Assembly: GCA_964016885.1 (NCBI GenBank) | Contig: OZ024741.1 | Coordinates: forward strand, 393,886,001-393,950,000 | DNA length: 64,000 bases | From: Eledone cirrhosa | Taxonomy: Eukaryota | Direction: 5' to 3' | Part shown: positions 12,411-26,123 of the stretch, one piece after another | Position numbering within the stretch: position 1 is the first letter of the stretch | How the letters are laid out: each line of letters begins with the position of its first letter | The notes under the pieces: generated by a model | What the model was told of the DNA's origin: nothing | Databases searched by the model: none | Seen by the model: the letters and a program-made list of their open reading frames with translations, nothing else | Translations under genes and position numbers: made by a program

Positions 12411-15400
12411 TTACAGACACATACTCAGAGTAGGCCCATTCACTCGGGCCATTCTTGCCTCTCTCACACATTTTTCAACAAAATGCTGGGAAGAGAGCAC
12501 TTCCCTTTCTACCCTGATTTTCCTTTTCAAATGAAATTTGAAAATGTTAATCAGGGCATCACTGAAGAGGTAAGTGCTCGTCTTCAGCCCTTTCAAACAT
12601 GTCCACCATACTATCTCTTTCGCCATGGCCACCAGACAGATAAAAACTGCCTGCCCTTCCCGGCTAAAGGAGGAGGGCGGGGAAATCCTCACGATGGACT
12701 CAGCTGATAGCTGGATCTGTCCTACACGCGACAGCAGGTGTTCGACATAAACCCACAATGCTCGGACACTGGACGAGTGCGTGCAGGACGGTTTCGTCGC
12801 CCCGCGCGCATCTCGGACATGCCCGGCTGGCGGCACCTCCATGCCTGTAGAGTTTATCCCGAACTGGCAAAGCTCCTCGGTAGCATTGCCAGGCCAGGGA
12901 TTTCTGGAAGTTGTCCATAGGCCCCGGCCCGAAAGTTCTTCCGAAGAGTTTCCCCAAGTACGTCGTCGCTCTTCCCCTCCACTAATCCTCTATAGAACGC
13001 CAAGGTGGAGTTTCCACCGATCACATTGCCCGATTGATCGAGGGCTGTGAGCGCCTGAAGACATTCCAGTCTCCAAGCGCTCCCTCTCGGTCTTCGCTTG
13101 ACCCAGGACTGCAGCTCCGTCAAGGAGACGAGCTGGGGAAACACGCGTCTAGCAAACGGCGACCACACCTGATCACCGTCGAAGAAGAGGTGGAGATGTC
13201 GTAGCCTGAGCGCGTGTCTGCGCATCATCAGCCACGGCATTCTCAGCCCTCCACGTAGCGGGTGTTGACAGCAGATGGACCGCCTGACAATCGGAGCGCG
13301 TCCCTTCCACAAATGTGAAAGAGCAAACGCTCGAGCGCAGTCAGGCGGGGCTTAGGACAAGGTACGACGGTCAGGCGGTAGTAGATGACGGACGCGATGT
13401 ACGCGTTAGCCACCTCCGCTCGACCTTTCAGGGATAGCTTCCTCTTGGCCCATTTTTGGGTGAGAGAAGCCACCCTGCTCGTCACCTCGTCCCAGTTTTT
13501 GACCGAACCAGACCCCTAGCAATTTAACTGGTCCGTCCGTCCAGCGCCCGACGACGCTGTTGGACGGCATGGACCTGCCTCTCCAGGTGCCAAGCTTCAG
13601 GCCCACTGACTTTTCCTGGTTGATCATTGCTCCTGTCACCGCTTCGTATTCTCTTAGTGTAGTGCCGATCGCCTCGATGTGTTTGGCGTTCGACACCACT
13701 ACGGTGACATCGTCCGCATATGGTGACACAGATCTTCCGCATCCTAGTTCGCACGGGACCCCCCTCAACGTCTCCAGTTTGTGCAGAAATGGCTCGAGAG
13801 TCAATACGTACAAGAGGGACGAGAGGGGACATTCTTGGCGGACCGAGCGCATGATGTTGAACGGTTCCGAAAGGTGACCGTTCACTCTCACAACAGAGCA
13901 GATGTCGCTGTGCATGGCAGCGATCCAGCCCCTGAAGACGGGCCCAAAGCCAGCCGCCCTTAGGACTGCCGCTATGTAACGATGGTCGACCCTATCGAAA
14001 GCTCTCGAGTGATCTAAATTGATCAAGGACCCACCCGTGCCAGGTTCCCTAGCTACCCTCTCTACGATGTATCGCATGAGGTGGAGATTGTCGTGGATGG
14101 ATCTGTCGGGAATGGCGCATGTCTGCGCCTCTCCCACCAGACCACCAACGACAAGCGCTAACCTCTTTGCTAGCACCTTGCCCAAGATCTTGAACTCTGT
14201 GTTTAGCAGAGTTATGGGCCTAAAATTATCTATGTTATCCCCCTTGTTCGGATCCTTTCTCAGCAGCTCCACAGCTCCTCGGCTCACAGAGCTGGGAATT
14301 CTCCCGTTCTGTTGCCAGTTGCAGTAGACGTCCGCCAAGAGGCCTCCGAACAAGTCTGGCATCTGTACGTAAAGTTCATAAGGCAGACCATCCAAACCAG
14401 GCGATTTACCCCTTGTGCAGTTAGTCATTGCCTCCCGTACTTCAGCGGCTGTTATCGGCTTTTCGCAACACTCCGCCTCAGTAGCCGAGAGCCGCGGCAG
14501 TCCGTCGAGGTAGACAATAAAGTCCATCCCTCGATGCAGCCCGCCGCTTCCCCCGAACAACTGAGCGAAGTGTCGCTGAAAAGCTTCACACATTTGCCCG
14601 TGATCAAGTAGCATGCGCCCGTCGTGGTCCACCAAAGACCGGATCGTGGCTTTGTTGCCACGACGCGCCTCCGCCACTCGGGCCCATTGAACGGCTTTCG
14701 TCCCCTCGTGTCTGAGAGCACGCACCCTAGCTCTGACAACGCAGCCTTCGGGATTTGCATTGAAGAATTGGTCAAGGGCCAATTTCGCCGCAAGTACGTC
14801 GGTCACGATGCCTTTGCTAAGCGCCTCATCTAATTTTCTAACTAATTCTCCCTCTGCTCTATTTTTCTCTATTGCTAAAGCCTTACTAAACCTAATGGAC
14901 TCTATTCTAATTGCTCCTTTCAGAGCAAACCACCACTTGTTGTTGACGATGGCCCCCGGCAACGCCCGCTTAACTAGTTCGCTAATCCGGTCTCTGTAGG
15001 CCTTGCGCGCTGGTAAGGACGCGTTTAGCTTCGAGTAGCCGGGTACTCGTCTATGAAGCCTATCTAAGTCAAGCACACAGATCACGAATTAGTGGTCCGT
15101 GTAGCTGACTATCTTGAACTTTGGACAGCCTATGCTAGACCTATCTATTTCTCTACAAAATACTCTATCTAGATATGATCTGGATGACCCTATGCGATTT
15201 GTCCAAGTCCACATTGGCACATTCTGGAAATCCAATCGGTACCTGTCAGACAGTTCAAAACGCCTGAGCAGGTTGGTGAGGCTCTTGCACCCTCCTCTCC
15301 TATCCGCTAATCCCACACAGTCCCAGCGTGCATCTAAAATCCCGTTCCAGTCGCCCACTAACACTAAAGAGCGGGACGTTCCAAGAAAGGTCTCCAGACG

Positions 15401-15772
15401 CCGGAAGAAATCAGGCCGCCTTGCTCCTGTCGGGGCATAGACGGCCACTAGCCTGAAACCTTGCCCGTCTCCGCTGGTCACGTCTAGCACCACCAACTTA
15501 CCTTCTGGGTCCAGGAAGATGGCCCGTATGGCGAGATCCAAACCTCTCCGAAAATGCACAGCAACTTCTCCCCCCGATCCCGGACGGCTGGGAGATGCGT
15601 ACACATCGTAGCCGCCGAAGATCGGTGCGAAGGCCCGTGCTTCGGAGATTCTGATCTCGTTGATGGCCACTACATCTATGTTTAGTGACCTGAGGTCGTT
15701 GAGCAGGTGGCCCTGCTTCCATGACGACCCCAAGCCACGCGCATTTATGCTGCCTATTCTGAGTGAGGTCAT
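12411..15772 (-). pseudogene. LINE ORF2: APE endonuclease, reverse transcriptase and C-terminal Cys motif, interrupted
   Basis: APE motifs SINARGL, VAVYAP, GDWN, YLDR and TDH; RT motifs KSPGLDG, FRPITLLN, AFDRV and YADD; C-terminal CPRC..DETVLHALVQC. Contains one stop and a few frameshifts. Confidence 0.9.
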
Positions 15773-16123
15773 GTTGAAATGGAGTGGAAAAGATGGGAAA
15801 GACCACTTATCTTACTTCTCGTAGAGGAAGGATGGTTTGTCCATCCTTTTCACTGCTTGTGGCCTCCTCTGGAAGGTTGTCCTTATAAATCCTCCTGGAG
15901 AGTGTTTGTCGGAAGTCTCCGATGTCTTTGGGGAATTTTTGTTTTAGTGTCGTGTACGTTTTCTGTGTGATGCGAGTGATTTGTATGTGTGGAGGTGGTG
16001 TGAACTTTTGGGTTGTTGTGTAGTCTTTTTCTGTGATGCTGGTGTTGTGTTGCATGTAGTGTAATAATTGGTTGTTGTTCAAATTTAATGCTGTGTAGTG
16101 TGTATCGTTTTTGGTTGTTTTGT

Positions 16124-17752
16124 TTACGTTTGTTGTGGGTTTGTTTCTGTTACGCTTTTTCGTGACTTTTGTGGTGTTGGTGATGGTGGTTTTGGGGTTA
16201 ATGATGGTGATGGTGTTGGTGTTTGTGGCGATGAGGTTGGTGATGCTGGTGTGGATGGTGGCATATCTGTCCTAACTTTTTTGTTTGATAATTTATTTGT
16301 TTCCCTCTGTATTTTGTTTTTGGAGGGGGAAGGAAGAGAATTTTTTCTTTTTTGGTTTCTTTTTTTCTTTTTTCCTGATACCATTTCCCACTCCTCGTCG
16401 TCACAATTTGTCTCCAGTTGCGATAAGCCGGGGAGTGGAAAATCCTCCACTGGCGTTGGTTTTGGTTGTGGCGTGGTGGATGGTGTAGGCGCTGGTGCTA
16501 GTTCTGGCGCGTTGGGTGGTGGTGGTGTTGGTTTTGCTACTGTTGCTGGGGTTGTTGCTATTACAGTTGCTTCTTTTGTTGCTGCTACAGTTGTTGCTGC
16601 CATTTCTGCTGCTGGTGGTGTTGATGGTTGAGTCATTGGGGTGGGTAAGAGAGGTGGCCTCAACCTTTTAGCCTGAGGGCAGAAAGCCCTTAGGTGGGTT
16701 CCTTCACCACAAACGACACACCTAGGTCTTCTGCCCTCGACGATTACGGTGAGGTGGCTGCCGTCAGTGAGGTCTGTTATCTTTGGGATCTCCTCAATGC
16801 TTTTATGGTCCGCTTGGATCAGGAGCTCCATCCCAGATCCGGACCAGTTCTCCTGCTTTTCTTTCGCTATTTCAATTATCTTGGTGTTGGCCTCGATGCC
16901 GGCGAGGACGGCAGCCATTAGCCAGGGAATTTCGATGGCCGGTGGAACGTGGGTCACCCTGATCTTTACGAGTCTCTGGCCACAATAGCTTGGGAGGAGT
17001 GTGAAGTCATCACTTCTTAATGGGGCCATGTACTGTTCTCTGGCCTCCTGTGGTGTTTCAAAGAACACGTCCACGATTCCATACTTCTGCCCACGTCTGA
17101 TGTGGGGTTTTTTGCCCACACATGTCCCAAAGCTTTTTGGATTTGGGACTCGGATGCCCGTTCCACTCGGCGCGATTTTATGTTAATTGTCCGATAAGAC
17201 ACGGTGCATAGGCGACGTTGCTCCATTTTATTGGGTGGGCGTGAGGCTGACCCTGTACCCATCTTTCTTTACCATTCCTTTGGCCTCTTCTAATTCCTCC
17301 TGAGTTACCTGTATCGCTTCGCACGTTTTTGCTACTCTGGCAAAACTCAGGGTAGTTTTCTTAATTTCATTGTTGCTGTTGCTGTTATCGTTATTTTTGC
17401 TATTGTTAATTTTAGTTTCAGTTGTGGTGGTGGTGGCGTCAGTGGTGTTCGGTGTGGAAGAGTTCATTTTGGTTGAATTCATTTCGATATCACGAGTTAA
17501 TTTATTTTTTTCTTTTCTTTCTGTTGTCGCTGTGGTGGCGGTGGGGGTGGTGGTTGTCGCGGTGCTGGTGGTGGTGGCGGCTTTAACACCTGCAGTCATT
17601 GGTAATGGCGGGAAATGAACGTCTGCCTGAGACATATTTAAAATATTGCTACTGCTTACATTTCCAGTGTTGGCAAACGTAGCAATATTTACAATGGTGG
17701 TGTCGATGTGAGGTGTTAGATTGTGAGGAAAGAGTGACTCTGAGTCAGCCAT
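16124..17752 (-). pseudogene. LINE ORF1, frameshifted; zinc knuckle and Pro/Thr-rich regions
   Basis: ORF pieces 17228-17752 and 16124-17119. Motifs FPPLP, SFARVA, CVVCGEGTHLRAFC and EWEMVSGKKKK. Confidence 0.8.
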
Positions 17753-17967
17753 GATTTTTCAAAGAAAAATATTTGTTTGATAATTATAAAAAGTTTAAAT
17801 TTTGGGCTCAAGGCCCCAATATTTTTGAGTGTTCTTTTCAGAAATCAATGTATGTGCACTTATATACAGTTAACAATAAAAATGTTCCATAAATGGCAAT
17901 TTTAAACAACTGAAAATAACAAACCTTTGCGGAGCTCACTATGATACAATTTACTACGTAGGTCGCC

Positions 17968-18033
<66 letters not shown>

Positions 18034-18034
<1 letters not shown>

Positions 18035-18190
18035 TGGAACGCTTCAAAAGGCATGCTTGCTTGGAACAGCAAGAACCCTCCGATACGTCCTGAATATCTG
18101 AGGCTGCAGGTAGTGGCTTGATATTCAATCCAACGGACTTTCCAGTTAACCAACATCAATGACTGAGATTCAAGGAATAACAACAACAAT
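18034..18190 (+). mobile_element. 5'-truncated Dong-type 3' end within (TAA)n
   Basis: Translates to LQKACLLGTARTLRYVLNI-stop, the R4/Dong C-terminus, and is flanked on both sides by (TAA)n. Confidence 0.65.
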
Positions 18191-18440
18191 AATAATAATA
18201 ATAATAATAAAAATATATAGGGACAATTAAATCTCTCCCAAGGTAACTCTTTCTCGTGTTGTTATTTTAATTTTATCCTTTACGCTCTTTCCTTCACTCC
18301 TCTACACGTTACAGTCTTATATACGCCACGCATCTCAACGTACACCCACTTACATCACTCTCTCCACCACCGGATCTTGTTACCCGGAGATTTACCCATC
18401 TGCATTGTCCAGCCTTCCAAACGACTTAAAGAAATTTACC

Positions 18441-18473
<33 letters not shown>

Positions 18474-18541
18474 CAAGTGGAAGTTTAGTAAAATCGAAGT
18501 TTTGGCTGTGGTCAAGTTAACGATATACAATATGTGAGTAT

Positions 18542-18648
<107 letters not shown>

Positions 18649-18703
18649 TTAAAAAAATAATGAATAAAACAATGAAACAGTTCCTTATATTAAACAAAAA
18701 AAG

Positions 18704-18846
18704 TTCATTATTTAACGATCGTTTCTAGGACATATATGTGTTAGAATTGGCATGCATATTCAAAAGATCTATGTACAACATTATACAAACTATCAAAGAG
18801 AATATACATACCATCACATATATATGCTGTCTTCAGAAATAATGAA
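18704..18846 (-). ncRNA. Type I hammerhead ribozyme with extended stem II
   Basis: Minus strand reads TTCATTATTT-CTGAAGA-[~110 nt fold-back]-GAAAC-GATC-GTT-AAATAATGAA, with a perfect 10-bp stem I. Confidence 0.75.
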
Positions 18847-19203
18847 GTATATTTATTGATAATAACAACAATTCAAAATTACAGGTCTGTTTGGGAACAG
18901 ATTTTAAATAGACCAATGAAACACATAAAAATTCATCAAGAAAATACAGTTAGGTGTGTGTATATATGTAAGTAACTTCGTTCACAGATATGCATAAAAA
19001 TGTATGTTCACATGCATACGCATGTCGAAAAAGTGTATGTAAATATAAAAATTCAGGGCTAATGTCTCTGTATGTTTATAATCCACAGACAAAATATACA
19101 TACATATACATATATATATACACACATATATACACACATATACATACATTCATACACACACACGCATATATACATAAACACACACATACCTACGAACACA
19201 CAC

Positions 19204-19236
<33 letters not shown>

Positions 19237-19629
19237 TACGTATATATTATTATTATAACTATATGGGTATTGAGGCGCACACATAAACACGGCCACACAC
19301 ACTTACATCTAGATGCAGAATTAAAAGGAGGTAAGGGAGTAAGTAATTAAGGAGGGTGTCAGACTCAGCATATTTATAAAAATGTATCTATAAATTTAGA
19401 AATAAAAAGAAATATAATAAAAGAAATATAATAAAAACATAAAAAAACATAAAAGAGAGACATAAAATATACATGCTTATATACATACGCACATTTACAC
19501 ATCCATACGTTCGATACATACATACGTACACACACACACACATACACATACTTAACCTCACGCATATTAACCTGTTTGTATGCATATACATAAAAACAAG
19601 TAAAACATATACTCATACATATAAATACA

Positions 19630-19675
<46 letters not shown>

Positions 19676-19749
19676 TATACATATATATATATACACATAC
19701 GCACAACACACATATATACATATATGTACACACACATACACACATACAT

Positions 19750-19788
<39 letters not shown>

Positions 19789-19935
19789 TATATACACACA
19801 TATATATACACACATATATATACACACACACACATACATATACGTATATATACATACACACACATACCCATGTATATATACACACAACCACACACTCACA
19901 CACACTCAGACATACATAAATATAGAGACATACAT

Positions 19936-20037
<102 letters not shown>

Positions 20038-20399
20038 AATAAATACACACAGTCAGACAATTATGCACATATATACACATACATACACACATCTCTACAA
20101 ATACATATACATACACATACATACATACACATATATATACATATATATATATATATACACTCATACACACTTATTTACATGCGCACATATGTATTTTTAT
20201 ACTCACATACAAACACACAAACATACATACATACTTACATACACATACATACATCCACGCTTACAAATAAGAATAATTATGGGGGGGGGAGGGGGATTAA
20301 AATTATTAGTGGGAAATAGTAAATATAGGTTTCAAGGAACATAGAATATTAATCTGCATTTAAATCATAATATGTGTTTACATAGTAGTGTCAGTATTA

Positions 20400-21350
20400 G
20401 GAAATGCTATTTGTAAGAAAGGAGGCTAAATTATGCATTTTAATATAAGTAGACTATTAATTATAGGTTAATTAAAGTAAAAATAGTTAATATATTAATT
20501 TCTAAGGTGTATACTACTTAGGTTTATAATATTTAAAGCGGAATTTTGAAGTTAAACAGTAGTAGAGTATTAATTATAGCATAACTAAATTAAAAATATT
20601 AACATGATGTTATCAATTTTAGGAAATGAATTTTGTAATAGGGAAAGCCAAATCAAGTATTTCATCGGTAGTAGAATATTAATTATAGGTTAACTAAATT
20701 AAAAATTATATATTAATTTCTATAGTATATGTTAATTAGGTTTATAATAATTAAAGCAAAATTTTGTATTTTATCTATAGTAGAATATAATTATAGGTTA
20801 ACTAAATTAAAATTAATCTATATATTTATTTGTAAAGAATATATTAATTAGGTATATATTTAAAAGTTTTTCTCGGTTTATGATTACATGATATTCTGCA
20901 AGCCATCTGTATTAGAATTTTAATTTTAAGCTAACTAAATTAAAATTATAGGTTAACTAAATTAAAATTAATTTATAAATTAATTTCTAAATTGTATATT
21001 AATTAGGTTTATAATATTAAAAAGTATTTCTCTGTTATTGATTACACGATATTTTGTTATATTTCATCTGTAAAGGAATTTTAATAAAAGGTTAAATAAA
21101 CTAAAATTAATCTATATATTAATTTCCAAAGTATATATTAATTATGTTAATAATATTTAAAAGTTTTTCACAGTTTATGATTACACAATATTTTTTAATT
21201 TCATCTGTAGTAGAATTTTAATTAAATTAAAATTATAGGTTAACTACATTTAAATTAATTTATATATTAATTTCTAAAATATATATTATTAATTAGGTTT
21301 ATAATATTTAAATGTTTTTCTCAGTTTATGATTACACGATATAATTAATT
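20400..21350. repeat. Degenerate AT-rich tandem repeat (~110-150 bp units)
   Basis: Recurring motifs TTAATTAGGTTTATAATATTTAAA...TTTATGATTACACGAT and TTATAGGTTAACTAAATTAAAA. Confidence 0.7.
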
Positions 21351-21560
21351 CCTGTCGCTTATTTAATAGGATATCCTTAGATTTCATTATTTCAAATAGT
21401 TCTTGGGAACACAATCTACATTCATTTCTATTATTTTGATAAGGGGTGGCTCTTTTGAGCACACTCCAGGTCATATCATATTCTATATTCTTATTTCTAT
21501 AACTATTAATTTTTTCTGCTAGAGATGTTGTATTAGCCAGTGCGGCATTTTTAAAACTAT

Positions 21561-21624
<64 letters not shown>

Positions 21625-21682
21625 ATGTGTATGTGTGTATGTGTGTGTACATATATGTATATATGTGTGTTGTGCGTATGTG

Positions 21683-21764
<82 letters not shown>

Positions 21765-22155
21765 TGTATTTATATGTATGAGTATATGTTTTACTTGTTT
21801 TTATGTATATGCATACAAACAGGTTAATATGCGTGAGGTTAAGTATGTGTATGTGTGTGTGTGTACGTATGTATGTATCGAACGTATGGATGTGTAAATG
21901 TGCGTATGTATATAAGCATGTATATTTTATGTCTCTCTTTTATGTTTTTTTATGTTTTTATTATATTTCTTTTATTATATTTCTTTTTATTTCTAAATTT
22001 ATAGATACATTTTTATAAATATGCTGAGTCTGACACCCTCCTTAATTACTTACTCCCTTACCTCCTTTTAATTCTGCATCTAGATGTAAGTGTGTGTGGC
22101 CGTGTTTATGTGTGCGCCTCAATATCCATATAGTTATAATAATAATATATACGTA

Positions 22156-22186
<31 letters not shown>

Positions 22187-22560
22187 GTGTTCGTAGGTAT
22201 GTGTGTGTTTATGTATATATGCGTGTGTGTGTATGAATGTATGTATATGTGTGTATATATGTGTGTATATATATATGTATATGTATGTATATTTTGTCTG
22301 TGGATTATAAACATACAGAGACATTAGCCCTGAATTTTTATATTTACATACACTTTTTCGACATGCGTATGCATGTGAACATACATTTTTATGCATATCT
22401 GTGAACGAAGTTACTTACATATATACACACACCTAACTGTATTTTCTTGATGAATTTTTATGTGTTTCATTGGTCTATTTAAAATCTGTTCCCAAACAGA
22501 CCTGTAATTTTGAATTGTTGTTATTATCAATAAATATACTTCATTATTTCTGAAGAGAGC

Positions 22561-22684
22561 CCTTGCCATTCTGAGTTCAAATCCCGCCGAGGTTAACTTT
22601 GCCTTTCATCCTTACGGGGTCGATAAAATAAAGTACCAGTAATGTACTGGGTAATTTTCTGGCCTTGTGCCAATAGTAGAAACA
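22561..22684 (+). mobile_element. 5'-truncated CORE-type SINE with 18-bp TSD
   Basis: B-box GAGTTCAAATCC and core GCCTTTCATCCTTACGGGGTCGATAAAATAAAGTACCAG. TSD ATTATTTCTGAAGAGAGC at 22543-22560 and 22685-22702. Confidence 0.85.
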
Positions 22685-22824
22685 ATTATTTCTGAAGAGA
22701 GCATATATATGTGATGGTATGTATATTCTCTTTGATAGTTTGTATAATTTTGTACATAGATCTTTTGAATATGCATGCCAATTCTAACACATATATGTCC
22801 TAGAAACGATCGTTAAATAATGAA
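22685..22824 (+). ncRNA. Hammerhead ribozyme, inverted twin of 18704-18846
   Basis: Reads ATTATTT-CTGAAGA-...-GAAACGATCGTT-AAATAAT. Confidence 0.7.
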
Positions 22825-23018
22825 CTTTTTTTGTTTAATATAAGGAACTGTTTCATTGTTTTATTCATTATTTTTTTAATATTTTATCTTGACTCTGTAT
22901 TCCGTTTATCTTTCACCGAAAGTGATTTTTGAATGCATCTCTTCTTTCCATGATATCCGGATTACATTGAGTTCTTCATACGGATTGGACACTACCGTAA
23001 ACTTTTGGTAGATTTATC

Positions 23019-23064
<46 letters not shown>

Positions 23065-23220
23065 CATACTCACATATATACATGTATACATATATATACA
23101 CATAGATATATATACATACATATACATACACACACACATACACACACATACCCACACAAACACATACATAAACACACATATATATTAAAAATTAACGGTG
23201 CTGCGATCGAATATTGCTTT

Positions 23221-25180
23221 TTAGCCCAGCCAATGATCTAAGATGTCTGGCACAGAGTTGGCAACCAAAACATTCACTGGCAACAGCCGGCTGTGGTTGG
23301 ATTTCATGTACTTTGCATGTTGTTTGAGCCCTCCTGCTGATCTACACTCTCTTCCACATGCTTCACAGGTATGATGAGCAGCATCTCCCACAGCAGCCTG
23401 GTAGGCAACCACTGGTCTCACTTTATGACTGCGAAGACGACTTTCGAGTCCAGCTTTGCTGAGGCAGAGTCTCGCACAGACGCTGCATGTCAGCATCATA
23501 GGAGGACCTTCGCTGTCTGGAAATGCAACACCTAGCCCTTTCCTCACATCCCTTTTTACTTTCTCGTATGCGATTCGAGATGCCTCAAAAGCAACTTTCC
23601 CCTCATGTACTGTCTTTCTCCATTTATTACGGTCAGCAGCTACGCTTTCCCATCTATCAGCTGAGATGTTAGCGTCTTTCAAGGGGGGCTTTCAACGAAT
23701 CCTTATACCTCTTTTTTGGTTTATGTGGAGGTCGTTTTCCTTTCACTAACTCCCCATAAAAGAGTTGTTTTGGTATTCTAGAATCCTTCATCCTGGCAAA
23801 GTGACCACTGCATCGGAGTCTTTTCTTAAGCACAAGAGCTTCTTTACTTTCACACAGAGATCTTTCCAAAATCTCGACATCACTGATGTGGTCCCTCCAG
23901 TGAAGGCAATGAATCCGTCTGAGACACATCTGATAGAAATGTTCCAATTGTTTAAGGTGGTGTCGATATGCGACCCAGGTTTCGCAGGCATAAAGAAGAG
24001 AAGAGAGCACACATTCCTTGTACACCTTTACCTATGTCTCCTGGCATATGTCTCTGAGGCGCCTTTCCAGCTATCCGAAAGCATCACTTGCTTTCCTAAT
24101 CCTGAGTGGAATTTCATTATTAAGATTGCTGTATCGATTGACAGTGCTTCCCAGGTAGACAAACTGATCAACCACTCCAAGTCGTTTACCATACACATAG
24201 ATATTCGGTTCACTGTACTACTTACCAGGGGCAGGTTGGTACATGACAACGGTTTTCTTGAGACTGACAGTCAATCCTAGGGCAGTGCAAGCATCAGAAA
24301 ATGCATTCAAAATGTGCTGCATATCAATTTCTGTGTGCGCTACAAGATCGCAATCAGATGATTGCGATCTTACAAGAGGTCTCTTATGATTGAGGTAAAT
24401 ACCTTTGTTTTTGCAGCAAAGTGCTTGATCTTGAATATGCTGCCAGAGGTTCGATAGTAGATGTAAACACCATGCTTGAAATTCCTGAATGCAATTCAGA
24501 AAACCATCTCAAAGTATATGGCAAACAGGGTCGGTGCTGGATTATCCCCCTCTTTCACTCTATTTTTCACTGAGATAAGCTCCGATATGTTACCTCTGAC
24601 ATTAACCCAAGCCTTCATGTCGTCATGGAAAGACCTAACCAAAGCAAGGAACTTATCAGGGCAACCAAGTTTCTGGAGAACCTTCCACAATGGATTTCTG
24701 TTAACAGTATCGAAAGCTTTTGTCAGATTGACAAAAACCTGATACAGATCCAAACTTGGATTGACTTTCAGGAAGAACACAATCTGCAATGTGTATCAGC
24801 AGACGGTCCAGAAGCACCCTACATAAAATGTTTCCAATGACAGAAAGCAATGATATACCCTGTAGTTTCCACAATCATTCTTGTTACGCTTTCCATTGTA
24901 CAAGACTACCATTACTGTATCTCTCCAATCCTCAGGTACGGATTCACTAGCCCATATCCTGCCAAACAAAGAGTGAAGATGTTGCAGAAGTCTCTCACCA
25001 CCATATTGTAAGAGCTCTGCATGTATGCCATCCATACCTGGAGACCTTCCACTGTTCAGCTTCGAGATGGCTACTGCAACCTCCTCAAACATCGGTGGTC
25101 CTGCGAGAGCGACTTTCACATGTTTTTCAGGAATGAGATTGAAGAAATCTTCATTGATGACAGACGGCTGATTCAATAAT
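23221..25180 (-). mobile_element. RTE-clade LINE, 5'-truncated, with C-terminal C2H2 fingers
   Basis: Translates to RSPGMDGIHAE, LTKAFDTVNR, RIPKQLFYGEL, CSVCARLCLSKAGL and CEACGRECRSAGGLKQH. Confidence 0.88.
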
Positions 25181-25194
25181 ACATACATACATAC

Positions 25195-26050
25195 ATGGTG
25201 GCTGTCAACTCGTTTTCGAGTACGGCCACTACCTTATATCCATGTAGGAGAACCCCTACCGATGCGCTAAACAAGTGTGACTTTTTAGTCCAGCCAGCGA
25301 CTTGAAATCTCTGGTACAAACACTACACCTGTGACAATTATTGACACATAGTGCTGGGCCCATGGCACCATGTGACGACAAGTGCAGAGAGATCTCCAAA
25401 TATAAAGCAATGCCTGTGCCGTGAAGCTTTTATAGTGAGCAAAGGCACTGAACAAAGCCAGTCCCACACTCTTAACCAAGATGATATTTACCAAAAAGAA
25501 GAACAAGTCAACATCATTGGATACCATCAGAGTTGCAGGTGTTATATCAGAGTTTTCCTTCTCCTAGAATTCTGCCTTGACAAAGGCTAAGGGGTCATCT
25601 CTCCCGGATATATATATATACATACATACACATATATATATATATATATGGTTGCTGCCAACTCGTTTTCGAGTACGACCACTACTTTATATCCATGTAG
25701 GAGAACCCCTACCGATGCGGTGAACGAGTGTGACTTTTTAGTCCAGCCAGCGACTTGAAAACTCTGGTACAAACACTACACTTGTGACAATTATTGACAC
25801 ATAGTGCTGGGCCCATGGTACCATGAAACGACAAGTGCAGATAGATCTTCAGATATAAAGCAATGCCTGTGCCGTGAAGCTTTTATAGTGAGCAAAGGCA
25901 CTGCACAAAGCCAGTCCCAAGATAATATTTACCAAAAAGATAACGAGTACATACATACATACATACATACATACATACATACATACATACATACATACAT
26001 AAATACATGATGGCTGCCTCCTCGTTATCGAGTATGGCCATTGCACGAGA
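25195..26050 (-). mobile_element. Family X short RTE-derived elements: two adjacent copies and a tail
   Basis: 25195-~25500 and 25648-25945 are near-identical. A tail-only copy lies at 26005-26050. The copies are separated by TA/TACA microsatellites. Confidence 0.65.
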
Positions 26051-26081
26051 AAAAATAAATTAAATAAAATAAAAATAAATA

Positions 26082-26123
<42 letters not shown>

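Larger units (their letters stand above)
12134..17835 (-). mobile_element. Near full-length L1/Tx1-type non-LTR retrotransposon
   Basis: Two-ORF layout: ORF1 with a CCHC knuckle, ORF2 with APE and RT, and a 3' (TTA)n tail at 12134-12152. GC content is higher than the flanks. Confidence 0.9.
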
